The notes: a model not told the origin generated them from the sequence alone. Shown: positions 46,938 to 60,364, numbered from the stretch's first letter. The stretch: 64,000 nucleotides of DNA from Psammoneis japonica (GCA_008632985.1 QPGO01000041.1:434001-498000); one strand, 5' to 3'. Numbers and translations are program-made.

Positions 46938-47493
46938 CGGAACTTCGCTCAATCATCGAACCCATTTTGTGCACGCAGTTTCTGACATGAGCAAGAGTGC
47001 CGATTCAATGAGTGGGAAGTCCATCTGTTTTTGCTTTGCAAAAGTGTCGCACGTGATTTCGTCATGCCAACCACACACTTGCAACAAAAAATGGTCGTTG
47101 AAATGTCCTCCTTTGGCCAATTTTGCTCGGAAAAGCATTGTTGTGGGCAACCGAACTTTTAAAGAAGTTTGTCCCTGACAGTTTGGCCAAACACATCAAA
47201 GTTAGATTTGGCTTTTTTGTGCTGTGTCGTCCTCTGCTCAACTCCAAAACCAAATTCTGGGCATGAACGTTGTCCATCTCAGGCAAACATTTTGCGGAAA
47301 ATGGTGTCAGAAATTTCTCATGTGGAAAACGCAAGAAAATGGCGGCAAAGTTTCCAGTGCTGTGTTGTGCTGCACTCAACTCTAAAAGCAAAAAGTCTGT
47401 GAATGCTCATTGTCAATCACAAGCAACTTTTGACGGAAAACGGTTTCAACGGCAAATTCAAGAAAATTGTGGCAACGAAAGAGAGGAAAAAGG

Positions 47494-47501
47494 AAAAAAA
47501 A
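47494..47501 (-). terminator. RNA polymerase III oligo-T terminator of U6
   Basis: A8 on the + strand, immediately after the U6 body. Confidence 0.85.
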
Positions 47502-47605
47502 GGTTTCGCTTCTCTTCGAGTTTGCGTGTCATCCTTGCACAGGGACCATGCTAACTTTCTCTGTATATTTAAGCGTTTGTTTGATGCCGGACCCGAAGGC
47601 CCGGC
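47498..47605 (-). ncRNA. U6: U6 spliceosomal snRNA
   Basis: The minus strand reads a 5' hairpin GCCGGGCC-UUCG-GGUCCGGC, then ACAGAGA, the AGC triad, the ISL GGUCCCUGUGCAAGGAUGAC, ACGCAAA and a T8 run. Confidence 0.95.
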
Positions 47606-47629
47606 CAACCTAACTAGTTGATTTTTTAT

Positions 47630-47637
47630 TATATAAA
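47630..47637 (-). promoter_or_regulatory. TATA box of the U6 gene
   Basis: TTTATATA lies about 25-32 nt upstream of the U6 5' G, as expected for a type 3 Pol III promoter. Confidence 0.8.
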
Positions 47638-48449
47638 CTTAAAACAAATTTCCACGTGAATTTGTACCGGTGCAACGTGCAACGCGCGAAACTGGAAGAC
47701 TGCAGTCGTCGCCATCACGCAATGACGTGCAAACACAGATGTGAAATCACACACGGCAATTTGAAAGACCCGCGTGCGCGCGCCGAATTCGAAAAGCCAT
47801 TGGTTGTGCAGAAACGTGCTGCAACTCTGTGGAGAACAAACTTTGTGGTGGCACATGCAATCACATGGGCTCTCTCTGCTCGAAGCACAGCATCAAATCA
47901 AAAGCACCCGTGCATCGGCAACCTTCGCAACTCACCAGCACCAGGCATTTGACGTGGGGCTCAGGCTCAAAAGTGCTTCATCGGCAGCACCTCTGTCTTT
48001 TGGTGCATTTCTTGCAATCTCGTTGAGAGCACTGTGCTGAAAAGAAGCCAAAGGGGTTGCAGCATGGACAACTTGTTGTGTTTTGGACTCAATGTTTGCA
48101 CTGTGCTCTGAACCCAGCTGCAAGCCAGCAGAGCTGCAGCACAGAATTTTGGCGCAGAGACTCATTTTTGGAAGACTGGGGACAAAGTCAACAGCACATC
48201 ACAAATGGCTCTGATGCTCACATCAGGCCTGTTGACATCTTGGAAAGAGTGTCCTCAAGAGAAGGCTGAGCTGCCAACTTGAGTTCATCTTCTGACAAGC
48301 CCTGCTCGTTCTTGAGAAAGTTGTTGTTGTGAACCCGAAGGCGAGCAAACCTGACCCCAAGTCCGACAATTCAGGCGAGTTGGGCAAGAAGCCTGCCGCC
48401 AATGCAGGTGGACAGCTCTGATGTGGCACCCACAAAAAACCTCAGAATG

Positions 48450-49550
48450 AAGAATGAATGGCTGCACCAGCACTTGACGGTCTAGAGTCAACCAGCTGCG
48501 CAGCTGCTGGCACCACACACTCATCCAGGCAATTCCTTGAGGACATTCATTGCTCTGTGGCATCTGCCAGAAAGGCCAGCACCACAGCAACTGACAACTT
48601 AGACTTGCGTGCTGACACCTGTGCAGCAGGCTCCAATTTTGCAATGTGCTGCAGTGCTGACCACACTGTCAAGTGCACCCACACTCCAAAGAGCATGAAC
48701 CTGTGACAGACACAGCGCCAATGTGCGTGGCTGCTGCCACATGGGCCAGCTGGGACAACAGTCAACCACACCCACCACCAGCAGCCCATGAAGCCCTGTT
48801 CTTTGGGGACTGCATGACTGGTGTGCTTTTGTGTCCAAACGAACTGTGAGCAAATGGACCGACCATCCAGGACACTCCTTCTCAACAGTTTGACGAAAGC
48901 AGCGCTCACTCTGTCACTTTCCCCAACTCAAAAGTCAGGATTGCATTGCATCTGCAAGGTGTTGCACTGGTTTTTGACTCACACAAGCCAACCCTGGATG
49001 ACTTCAAGAACCTTCCTTGATTGGATTCACATCTCTGACAAAATGGGAGCCCATCACTGATGCTTTGGCACAAAAGGGAGGAATTGCTGTGCGCCAGTGT
49101 GTGCCAAAGATCAGTTGCATCTCCAACTGACAAACCGGCAACAATGACCAATGCAAACAGATGCATCGACTCAACTTGATTGCACCAGTGCTCCCACCAT
49201 GAAGAAAACATCATCATGGAGATGAATGATGTTGATGTTCTCTGTCACCACCTGGCAGCCCAAGTCAATGCATCCCGCAACAATGCCAAGGGAGGTGTGC
49301 CGCATGATGGACACAACATGGATGTTCACCCCAGCAGTGATGAGCAGAAGTGTGCACACGCACTGTCAACCTTGGATGGCACAATGACTGTCACACCCAA
49401 GACATTGTTCAAGAGGTGGAATGTCAGCCTGATGGCTGCAAACAGTGCATCAAGAGTGATGACCCAGGCTGTGGTCTGCAATGTCTGCACTCCATCGGAG
49501 TGGAAAGTTCAGAAGAAAGCCCCATGGCTTGAGTTCCCAGCTGTCAAGTG
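48450..49550 (+). mobile_element. Degenerate Ty1/copia (CoDi-like) pol fragment, protease region
   Basis: LDLRADTCAAGSNF (cf. LDSHADTxxxGSN), LLCPNEL*ANG..QDTP and VTPKTLFKRWNVSL.AA...RVMTQ. Confidence 0.7.
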
Positions 49551-49879
49551 ACACTTCTGCGCTTGGACATCAGAGGCCGCAACACAGCATCATCACATGT
49601 CTTCTCACAGTGATTTTTGTTCCTTTCACAGACAACACATTTGCAGTTTCAAACCTTGTCAGTTGTGCAGCTGGCAACAAATTTTAATCTGTGACAGGCA
49701 ATTAATTTGGCTTTGGAGACATCTTTTCATCTACAAGAAATCAACTTTAACTTTCAAAAAGGCCCCCTCTTTTCCCATTTTGCGTGTGCCTTTCTTCACT
49801 GTAGAAGCTGACAACTGACATCATTGGTTTGTTTCATGCAATGTGGCAGTTTTAACATTGAAAGCAACACATGCAATGA

Positions 49880-52800
49880 ATTCAGTCCACTCTTCTCAAT
49901 CAACAATGATGCATTGCTTTGGCTTTTTAACATTGATTGTCAATGAATGCCAAGTTGATGCTGCAGTCCTGGTTGTTCTGCATTTCCAATTGGCTTGTGC
50001 TGGAGTTTTGCTTTCTTTGCCTCCGTCGCTGTCTTCTTGGCCAGCTGTGTCTTCTTCCTCATCTCCTTTGTCACCTGGTGCATCCATTGCATCATCGTCC
50101 TCCTTGTTGTCACTAGAAAGTTCTGTTGTTGCTTGTGTTCTCATCTCTGACTCCGCTGGTTTTTTAGTGTTTTTCCCTTTACCTTTGCTCTCCTTTTTCT
50201 TTCCGTTGGTGCACCACGTGTCAAAATGCACACCCTGCTCACTTGCCCTGTCTTTCTTTGCCTCCCCAGCATTCCTTCATCCTTCCAAGAGTCATGCTGT
50301 TGCATCAGGTCTGTGTGCAACAGCGCTGGTTTCCCCCCTCTTTGCTCCCTTCGTCACTTCCCTCCTGCACGGTCTTGTGCTCCCAAACCTTCCAGCAGTT
50401 TTCCATCACCAACAGGGCCAGTGCCTTGTCACTTGCCGCAGCCAGATCTGCAGCCTTGGTGCTGCCGGACTCCACCATCCTTCTCCACATTGCAGTGCTC
50501 TTTGTGAATTTTAGGATGTTGTTGTAGAACCATGTGCACGCCTCCCTGTTCTTTTGCTTGTCAGACACAATGGTGTCAACCATCTCATCCTCCCAAGTTG
50601 CAAGGAGTTCCTCTTCAATGTCGGCTTTGTCCTGTTTCCACTTCTTGGTGGATTTCTCCCTTGCTTCTTTCTTCTTTTTCCCGCAGATTTCTCCGGCTTC
50701 TTTTTCTGTCATGACGACTTCAGGAAAATGAGAATGTCACTGGCAGCACCACACCTGTTCCCACTTCAGAAATGCCCCACTCCGCCACACTCACCACTCA
50801 TCACACTCTTCATTGTCATCTGACACATGGTGTTTCTTTTTGCATTGCCCAGTCCTCCCACGATCCTGCCCATTTGTGATTGCTGAGCTGAACTGGCCAT
50901 CTGCTGTGTTTTTGTGCATCAGCCATGACACCTTGCCACCACATGCCATGTCTGCCTTTACAAGGAATTTCGCCTTTGGGAAAAGCTCTCTCTGTGCCAC
51001 CTCTTCCACCTCTCTCTTCAGCAATTGGTGATCAGCAGCACAGCCCCCAACCGCTGCAATGCCACTGTTAGCCTTGGGCCATTGGGCACTGCCTCTGCCC
51101 CTGCAGCATCCTTCTTTGCCGCTTTATTCCTCCTTCCCATCGCCCTCGACTCATTGTGTTGTTGTCAGTTCCTTCAGTTTCCAGAATCATTGCAAAATTT
51201 CAAACCTCTTTCTCAACACTCTGATGGTGATGCCACTTCCCCTGATTGTGCATTTTTAACTGGCTTTCTGTCCAAAACAATCATGATTGGCAATGTTCAT
51301 GTTTTTTTTTTGAAAACAACAACCTTGGTTGCATTTGTTTAAATTCAAGAGACAAAACATTCAGTTCAAACAGTGTGAACAGTTGTTGATGATGAATTCT
51401 GCATGTAACTTGATCATTGCATTTGAAACTTTTAACCACACAGATGTGTGCATGAACATCAATCCCAAAGGGCTGAAGTTTGCATCCACATGCTCTTAAC
51501 CTCTGATTGCTGCTTGGCGCAAAAATTGATCTCCAACCCACTTCTTCCATGGCATCCTCCTTGAAATGGACAATGACAAAATTGCTGTGCCTTCCCTCAC
51601 ATGAGTGATCAGTCATGTGATCAAATGCATTTGTCACCTCACAAACACAACCGATGAAACGCTTGACATGATCACAATGGATCTTTTCTTTCTTCATTTT
51701 TAGATGATGTCTCTGCCGTTGTCTCTCCTGCTTGTCCTCACAATGACAGTTGGAATCCTCACCTGATTTCATTTTCTCGATGATCTCCAATGTCCAACCA
51801 TCAACCGTCCTTGGTGTCAATTCAAAGAACTCCAATTCATTGCACCACCACAACCCGTTGGCTCTAGTGGCACAGTTTCAACACATCAAGAACAACATTG
51901 GCCCACAACAATTGGACAAGTGACCTGCAGTTCAACCATGGATTCTGTTGTCCAGAATGATTTGTTGCTGGCATGCTGGCCCAATGACTGCTGGAAGAAA
52001 TTTGAAGAGGTGAACAGTCTGAAACAAGAGAGAAGAGAAGAAAAGATGGAGACAGACTGCAGAGCAGCAAAAGAAGAGCTAAGCCACTGGTTTGGCACAG
52101 GGAGGAAGGAACACTCCTGGGACCCGCACCTGCAAAGAGACTGTGTGGACATGTTTTGTTTAATTGAATCATGCAGCAGCATCACAAGCAGTGACTTGGG
52201 CGATGAATTTCCATCTGTCGAATTTGGAACATTTGTTGGAAAAACATAGAGAGGGAAGAACAAACCATCAAGGAAAAATGGAAGGAACTGTGGGAAACCA
52301 AACACAGGGCTGTGTGCAAGGTGCATGAGGACATGCAGGAATGGAGCAAAGAAGTGAGGGAACACATGCATGCCACCCAGGCCATGTTCTCCATTCACGA
52401 CAAGGACGAGCATGCAAGTGTGGTCATTGAGCGCACAAGGAATGCTCACAGAACCTGGCAGCATTGGAGCTCAATGGCAATGCACCCGGACAGGCAAGGA
52501 GAACTGTTTTGTGCAAACCTTTGGTTAAACAACTGTCACGATGATGAGATGAAGGATCTTTTAGAGGCTGGATCAAGGGGGGGGGCGAGCTTTGATTGGC
52601 AATTGACAAGCAAGATGTTGATGCGTTGAGAGAAGACTCAACCATTGGCTTGCCTGCCTGTGGAATGGACTGAAGCAGGAGATGCAGACCGCTTTCATTG
52701 GACAACGGTTTGGGAGGTGTGTGCTCACTGGTTGTGGACAGAAAGGGTGTTGCATTTGATGCCAGGAAGCTGGCAGAATTGTTCGAGCAACAAGCCACAT

Positions 52801-54215
52801 GAGTCATGATCGTTTTTTTACCACGCACCATGCTGCAGGAAAAGAATTGACAGTGAGTGGTGACCACATCGCGTGCTGAAGACCACATTCCAACTTGCCA
52901 TTTCCTTTCCATTGGCGATTCTCACATTGTCATCAATTGTTCAATCTGAAAAATTCAATGATCCCAATGCTTGTTTTTGACAGGAAACGGTGAAAGCATT
53001 CACCAATGCAAAGAAACAAATGAACACAATTTGCGCGCCAATTTCATGTCTTGTTCCTGTTGCCCCTCACCACACACACTGTTCTCATGACCAAACCTCA
53101 GCAGGAACCATTTGCACCATTGTTCTCACAACTAGCGAAATGGAACTGCTCAAGCCCAACAAAGAGGGCAAAGAAGCAATCACCTGTCCTTGTTGCAAGC
53201 GGTCATTCCAGCGCATGCTCGGTCACTTAAATCAACATCCACAATGCCTCTCTGCAGCTCGCGAAATGGCAAACTTGGCAGGTCAAGATGTGTCACGACC
53301 CGCCTTTCTTGCCGATGATTGTGTCAAAGTGGTTGGTCAGCAGAGCACCTCCAGGAATGCAAATGTTTTGCATGGAAGTTCCAAGGGATTCAATTTGTCC
53401 TTGTCATCAAACGACACCTGTGCACATGGATTGAGACAATCCAGATGAGGAGCCTCCATTTCCAATGTCCACATGGGCAGTTCCACAGGGACATCTGAAC
53501 AACCATCTGACATTCCATGGTCACCAGCATTCGAAGACAACACATCCCCTCTCTCCTCCATCTGTGGCAAAGACGAGGACAATTTCATGTCACTGGAGAT
53601 GCTTTCAGATGAAAGCAGCAATTCAGAAGTGAACTCTTTCGCTGCACTCCTGGATGTCACCATGGATTTTTCCACTGACAATGTGACGGACAATGTGCAA
53701 TTGTCTCAAGAGGATGTGTCCTCCCTGTTGGATGACAGCAGACATTGAGCAAGATTTGCCAACACCCAGCCGAGGTGGCCTTTGCCGGCTTGTCATCATT
53801 GAGCAACCCAAACGGGGTCTGTGTGGAGCTGAGCAAGCTGACAGATGACTGCAGAGCGCCGCTCCACCTGTGTGATGACATTGACGCATGCATCAAAAGG
53901 CATTGTGGCATTGCATTCAAGCTCAGCACAAAAGCACCTCATTGCAGTGCACTGATGGAAACTCTTTCCAAATCATTTCCCAGACCAGAACAAGAGATGA
54001 TCCTGGTCAACCTGGAAAATGCCAGTGGCGAACGTGGTGAGAAAATGGCAATGGTGCCACAATGGAACTTCGAAGAAGCGCGGCAATCATGCATGTCAGG
54101 CACTTGCACATGGGTGGAGAAAAGCAATCTTGTGGACCCAGACCATCCTTTTTCCTCTTCTTTGACTGTCTCTCTGGGTGTTTTGGAGAAATGGAGAGCT
54201 TCCTTCAAATGTTGA
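49880..54215. mobile_element. Decayed DNA-transposon-like or cargo ORF relics (possibly Plavaka-type)
   Basis: C2H2-like CPCCKRSFQRMLGHLNQHPQC at ~53184, PLHLCDDI... at ~53860 and minus-strand SDKALALLVMENCW at ~50420. All are TpA-depleted. Family call is tentative. Confidence 0.35.
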
Positions 54216-54219
54216 TGAC

Positions 54220-56650
54220 AAAGAACGCTTGTGTCATCACCGGTGAGGATGACATGAGGGAGGGTGTCCCATTTGTCGTCAGTGTGGGGTTGCATGGCAA
54301 CATGAGGCAAGCCGCCCTTGATGTCATTTGGGATGACACAGCCATCAGGGGTTGTGATGCACTGCAAGCCGTCAGGCACCTTGACAGAGCGATCGTTGAT
54401 GTTGTGTTTGTGCCATTCGAGCTTGCCACAGGAGTGAATGGTCTTGCCCTTTCCCGTGCATGCGCACTGATGGAGGATGGCGATGACAGGACCACGCTGT
54501 GTGTGTCAATGACTGCACCAGTGGTGACAATGGGGATGTCAACCAATTGATGGTTGTCAACACCCTGAACGTCAACTTGGCGAGAGGTGCGTGCAATGAC
54601 ACAAACATCGTCACCAGCAATGCCGCTGTGGGCTCCACGATCGACTGGAGCACCAGCGCTTGTGGAGTGATGGACGGGTTCTAGTCCCAGGTGGGACTCC
54701 GTGTGACATTGGGCCCGCAGAATTCTGCGTGCGAGCTCCACAGTAAATTTGTTCAGCAATGAAAATATGAATGATCGCCAAAAGAAAAAGAGGCAATTTT
54801 ACGAACGTATCTCCTCTTCCACACTTGCAGCACATCATCAATGGTTTGCCCGGGTGTGTTCTTCAGACATTAAAGAACACACCCAGAGTGTTTTCACTCA
54901 CACAAATGTTGAAAATAGAAAGCCTTTGGCTTCGCAAAATGGGGAGCATGAAACAATTTCGTAGAATGTCACACGTAGAAATCTGCGTGCGCGACATGCC
55001 ACGCGATCCAAAAAACTCTTGATGTCACAGCACAGCAGTGCAAGGTCCCACCTAGAGCTGGAACGTGTTGATGAGCGGAGGCAGAGCAAATGACATTGTG
55101 GTTGTTGACTCGGTGGCAAGTGTGGCCGTTAAGTTCCATGTCATCCGGAGGAGCAGGCGAGGCAGAGGGAGCGGTGGATGGGCCTGGTCAACTGGCTTTG
55201 GGGGCTTGGTCAGGAGACAACAGGCATTGCAGATCACCGGGTGGCAGTGGCCTGCGCTTGGTGAGGTGCACCAGAATGGATTGTCTGAAGTGGCACCCTC
55301 ATTTGGAGCGGGATCACCAGAGTCAGCAAGAGTCATGGCGGACAAGTTGACATCACTGTCTCTCCCAAGTCGTTGGTTGTGAAGGTTGACCGTGACAGAC
55401 TCGTGGCAGTTGCCGGCTCGTGGGTTGCGAGGAGGCGGGCAAGAATGCTCAAGGATGATCGCCTTGGAGGAATGGGGCAACGAATCCCAGATCCGTTGGT
55501 GGTCAGGAGGGAGACGTTTCCATTGGTTGCCGGTGAGACTGGGACCACGGGTGTGGGCAGCGTTGGCCTGAAGGATGTCAATGTTGCTGTCAATGTCATG
55601 GAACACATCATCGGATGGTTCCTTGGAGCAGACGTCATGTGCGCATGTGGCACGGCGGGGAGCTTGAGGTGTCGTCTTGGGTTGAAACATGCTGTCACAC
55701 TGAGCCACCGCTGAGAGGAGCAAGCCACAACATTGATCGCATGCGAGGCTCTTGCCACTCTGCGTGCAATGTTGATCAGCTTGGTTTTTGACGGCGCGAA
55801 GTTCTTCAACAGGATGTGCAGCATTCTCGAGCATGACACGCTTCTGTCCTTCAGAGAAGTGGTCACTGGCCAGGATGAGGGCCTCGCACTTGCGCAACTG
55901 ATCCTGCCAATGAAGGATGAACCTGTGGGTTGGACCTTTCCAAACACCATCACCAAGGTGTGCCGTGGTGAGGCACGTGAGCAAGGTGGAGGACTCGACA
56001 GATGCGCGGGTGGAGGCAAGCGCGCACTCGGACAAGGCACGGCAGATGGTCTGGGCGTCAGAAGACCCCACATTTTTGCAAATGAGAGCCTTGCCCTTGT
56101 TGGTGAGAAGAATGTGTTTGAAGACTGCGAACATGTGCTTTTGCTGTTCAGCAAAGAGCAGTTTGTCTTTGGGGTGGTTGGTCTGCATGTTGAGTCTAGA
56201 ATGCACTCGACGTCTTGGGCATGGGCTTGTGCCACAAGTGAGGTGTGCCAAGTGTGCCACTGCTTGTCGGACTTGAGAGCCATGAAAGCAGTGGGGTCAT
56301 GCTTGATGCCTCACTTGAAGTCTCACACTGGGTTGCGTGCCTTGGTCGGGTTGTGCTTTGACAATGTACAGACTAACTAGAGCTGCTAACATGTTCTCAC
56401 AACCTCAGGGCAATGGGACCACATTGGTGCCGTTGTCGTGCTCGAGCAAGTCGATTTGGGAAGGCATGAACGTGAACAGTTCTTGGCACGAGTCCGTGTC
56501 ATCGTGGGTCAAAGCCAAATGAAGAGGACTTCCAGCACCTTGGGCAAGCACGGTTCCAACAACATGTTCAAAACCATTGGTTTGTTGCTGATGAGTGAGA
56601 ACAATGGTGGACAAAAGCGGTGTCAGGGCAAGCGATTCTTGTTGGGATGC
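54220..56650 (-). mobile_element. Degenerate Ty1/copia (CoDi-like) gag-protease region
   Basis: QQKHMFAVF..ILLTNKGKALI, WKGPTHRFILHWQDQLR, QKRVMLENA.HP.EELRAVK, VDRGAHSGIAGDDV, VDVQGVDNHQLVDIPIVT and WDTLPHVILTGD. Confidence 0.85.
54682..55061. mobile_element. MITE-like insertion interrupting the copia relic
   Basis: Imperfect terminal inverted repeats with core aggtgggac (54689) / gtcccacct (55045), and inner gtgtgacatt/aatgtcacac. Non-coding. Retains TA dinucleotides, unlike the host element. Confidence 0.55.
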
Positions 56651-58124
56651 AGAGGCAGACTTGAAACTTGGGTTGGAATGGACTTGACTTGAAACAGACT
56701 TGACTTGAAATCTTGAACTGTCTTAAAATCAGAAGTTGCTGGGTTGTGCTGTCCCATTTGTTGTTGAGTGCTAAACTTCCCATCCAGTCCGTAGAGTTGT
56801 GCCGGCACGTCCAAACCCGCAGCTGGCCAGCGGCACTTTGTGTTGCATGCGAGCGGAGCAGCGGGTTGTAAACCCCTGCAGGTGAGCTGACTGGAGGTGG
56901 ACAAGACCCCCGAACCATTCTTGTTTTATGTCAGTTGGATTTCCTGATCAGGCTGGCCAGTTGACACAGGCGTCAGGCACTGTGGACAAATGAACAAACG
57001 TGGGAAAAACACCCTCGCCCCAACGCAGGCTGCAATCACGGCTGCTTGCTCTCACAGTCGTCCTTGTGGACCTGGCAGAACTGCAGAGCACCAGTGATCT
57101 GCAGATCAGGTGCAATAGACTCGGTGTGCTTGTAGAGTGGTGGCAAAGCCGGAGTCCAAAGAGTGGGTTCAAGTTCCAACAGGAATCTTTTGAAAATGAC
57201 CCGTGACGCATGACCCATAAATTGATTGAGGACACATGTAGAATCTACACGTTTTTGCACTGAAACTGTCATGTTCACACAATTTGTGCAAAAATAGACT
57301 TGACTGTTATCGGGTCAGGCGCATTTTTGCAAATGTGTTGAAGAAAAATGCGCCTGATCAGAAAACAGTCAAATCCATTTTTGCAAAGTTAAAATTCACT
57401 AAGGACAGACAGACAGACTTGTCTTGGTGCTGTCCCACACAATTTCTACGTAATGACTACACAGCGCGAAAGATTGCCATTGTGGCCGTGAAGACACACA
57501 TGTGACAAGCGACGTAGATCCTTGAACATGTGGGGTTCTTGACCGTTGGCCGTTGAATGGGCACATGAAGCGATGAGGATCAAGAGTGGACTTGAATGTG
57601 ACCGTTGAATGCATGTCTTCAGCGATGTAAAATGCAGTGTAATCAATCCAGATGTCCAGCGGCAAGCAGACTTGACGGTGACATTAAATTCCTGCCGATG
57701 CTTGGTGTTGAATGCAAGCAGACTTGCCGATGTACGTAGAATGCATGCGGAGGTCCACGCAGAATTGAAATGGCGTCGTCAGCAAATCAACGACGACAAT
57801 GGCGGTTGCTCAATGGGTTGACAATGAGCAAGACTGTCAATCTGACAGAAATTGAATGGCAAATGGCAAGAATTCAAACAATGACTCCTTGCTGCTGTCT
57901 AAACAGCAGATGAGTCTCCACTCAGAGACCGTCACAGGAGCCGAAAGATGTGTGAGTCGGTGCAATCGGGCTGCTGTCATTGTTCTTGTGAGCCATGTGG
58001 CTCGAAAGCAAACCACATTGCATGCGCATGTGCAGAACCAAAGAGCACACAAAACTGTGTGCAGCAAACTAAATGGCGCTCAATGTTTTGCGTGCACCTG
58101 AATCCTGTTCAAATCCTGTCACCG

Positions 58125-58960
58125 ACTCAGAATCTTTTTGCAAGTGGAAGTGATTTCAACCACTTTCAATCCAACTTGTGGTAGAATCTTTTTATGAGTG
58201 GAAGTGATTTTGACCACTTTCAATCTGACTTGTAGAATCTTTTTGCAAGTGGAAGTGATTTCGACCACTTTCAATCCGACTCACAGAATCTTTTTATGAG
58301 TGGAAGTGATTTTGACCGTGCTTTCGATCCAACTTGTAGAATCTTTTTGCAATGGAAAGTGATTTTGACTGCTTTTGATCCAACTCACAGAATCTTTTTA
58401 TGAGTGGAAGTGATTTCGACTGCTTTTGATCCAACTTGTAGAATCTTTTTATGATGGGAAGTGATTTCGACCACTTTCGATCTGACTTGTAAAAACTTTT
58501 CATGAGGGGAATTGTTTTCGACCTCTTTCGATCCGACTCACAGAATGTTTTTGTGAGTGGAAGTGATTTCGACTGCTTTTGATCCAACTTGTAGAATCTT
58601 TTCATGGCGCACTTTTGGTCCAACTTGTAGAATCTTTTTGTGTTGGGAAATGATTTCGACTGCTTTTGACCTGACTTGTAAAAACTTTTTGCAAGGGGAG
58701 TTGATTTTGACCGCTTTCGATCCAACTCACAGAATCTTTTTAGAGTGGGAACTCATTTTGACTGCATTTGATCCAGCTTTTTGAATCTTTTTATGTTGGG
58801 AAATGATTTTGACTGCTTTTGATCCCCGACTCATGAACAACTTCTTGCAAGGGAAAGTCAACCCGACTCACAAAAACTTTTTATGAGGAGAATTGATTTT
58901 GACCGCTTTCGACCCGACTCACAAAAATCTTCAACAAGTGGAAGTGATTTCAATCGACTT
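58125..58960. repeat. Minisatellite, ~51-bp unit, ~16 degenerate copies
   Basis: Unit approximates agaatctttttatgagtggaagtgattttgactgcttttgatccaacttgt. Confidence 0.92.
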
Positions 58961-60364
58961 GAAAACAAAGCTTTTTCAATGCAAACATGTTGCAACAATG
59001 TTTGTCTGGAACTCTGAGATCTTCCTTTTCTTGAAGGGAGTTTTGCGTTCTGTCAACATGTCAAACTCTTTTTCATCAAACATTTCCTCAAAGTCAATGT
59101 GATCTGACAGAACATCAGCAGCATCTGCGCGCAACTTTGTCATGTCAAAAACATCTTCAAGCATTCTAAGATTGTTTTTTTTAATGCTTTCGCACTCCTC
59201 ATTCGCGTCACAAACACTTGGAGCTTTGAATCTAAAAACAAGTTGTCTGGCCAAGTTGCAAATCGTCTCAAAACCTTTGACATCAAACGTCAAATCCAAG
59301 TGAGGCCACATTTCTAATTTTTCCATGTCTTCCACAGTCATGCATCCTGCAAGAAGATTTTTCATCAGCTGAAGGTGGTTTTTGGTTCGGAGAATGTTCC
59401 GTTCTTTTTCGTTGCAATTTCCCATTGGCACTTTGTGCAACAAACCATTTGGATCTTCACCCATCCAAAATGTTTTCATTTCCTGTTGTGCTTTGGTGCA
59501 ATTTTTTCTGTTTTCTGGAGACAGATTGGCGACATCAGAGTCTTGTTTTTTTGTCATTCGCAGATTTGTCTGCGACATCATCCAGATTGGAGGCATCATC
59601 CGGAACAGACTCTTCCGGATTGGACGAGTTTTTTTTTAGCACGATTTAATTCTCGGAGCATTGCCATCACCATGCCAGTTTCTGTTTTTGCATCGGCTTT
59701 TGTTTTGAATTGCTCTGTCTCAGCTTGCGTTTCGAATTGCTCCATCTCAGATGTGTTGTCTGTGTCGTTTGGAATTGAGACATCATCCGGAACCGATGTT
59801 TTCTTCAAACAGAACAAAAAACACACCGTGTCAGCATGTCATTGTGCAACATTGTCACTTGGAACTGTTTTGTGGATTCACCTGAGTTGTGCTTTCTTCC
59901 TCATCCGAAATGTTGTTCCAGACACGATCAAACTCACGAATCATCCCCATGAGTTTGTTGTGACTCTTTTCACACTTCTTGCGGATCGACATTGCGTCCT
60001 GTCGAACCGTCTTCTGATGACATCGCGGTACGCTCTTCCTCAAACGCAACGATTATAAGTCGTCACAAAAAAAATCTGTGCCATGTAACAACCTCCACCA
60101 GCCACAAACAAAAAGAAAAAAGCGCAACATCTCAGATCAAAACAAACCGTCATTCAAAAAACGGCGAACATACAATTATCCGTCCATTATAAAACAATAA
60201 GAAAGTGCAACTGCAACGATACAAAAAACACACAGATCAGGTTATGAAACTGTTTCGAAGCCGCGCCACCCACTCTATTATATTCAGCAGGGGAGCCCTG
60301 CGGCAGCCCAATCGGTCCCACGCACGCTGCCGACATTCTCGCTCAATGGCTAACCCTCTTGCGA

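Noticed and set aside
52312..52629. HPD motif suggesting a J-domain
   Set aside because: A three-residue match in heavily mutated sequence is insufficient.
58125..58960. Possible CRISPR array
   Set aside because: The units are contiguous with no unique spacers, there are no cas genes, and the context is eukaryotic.
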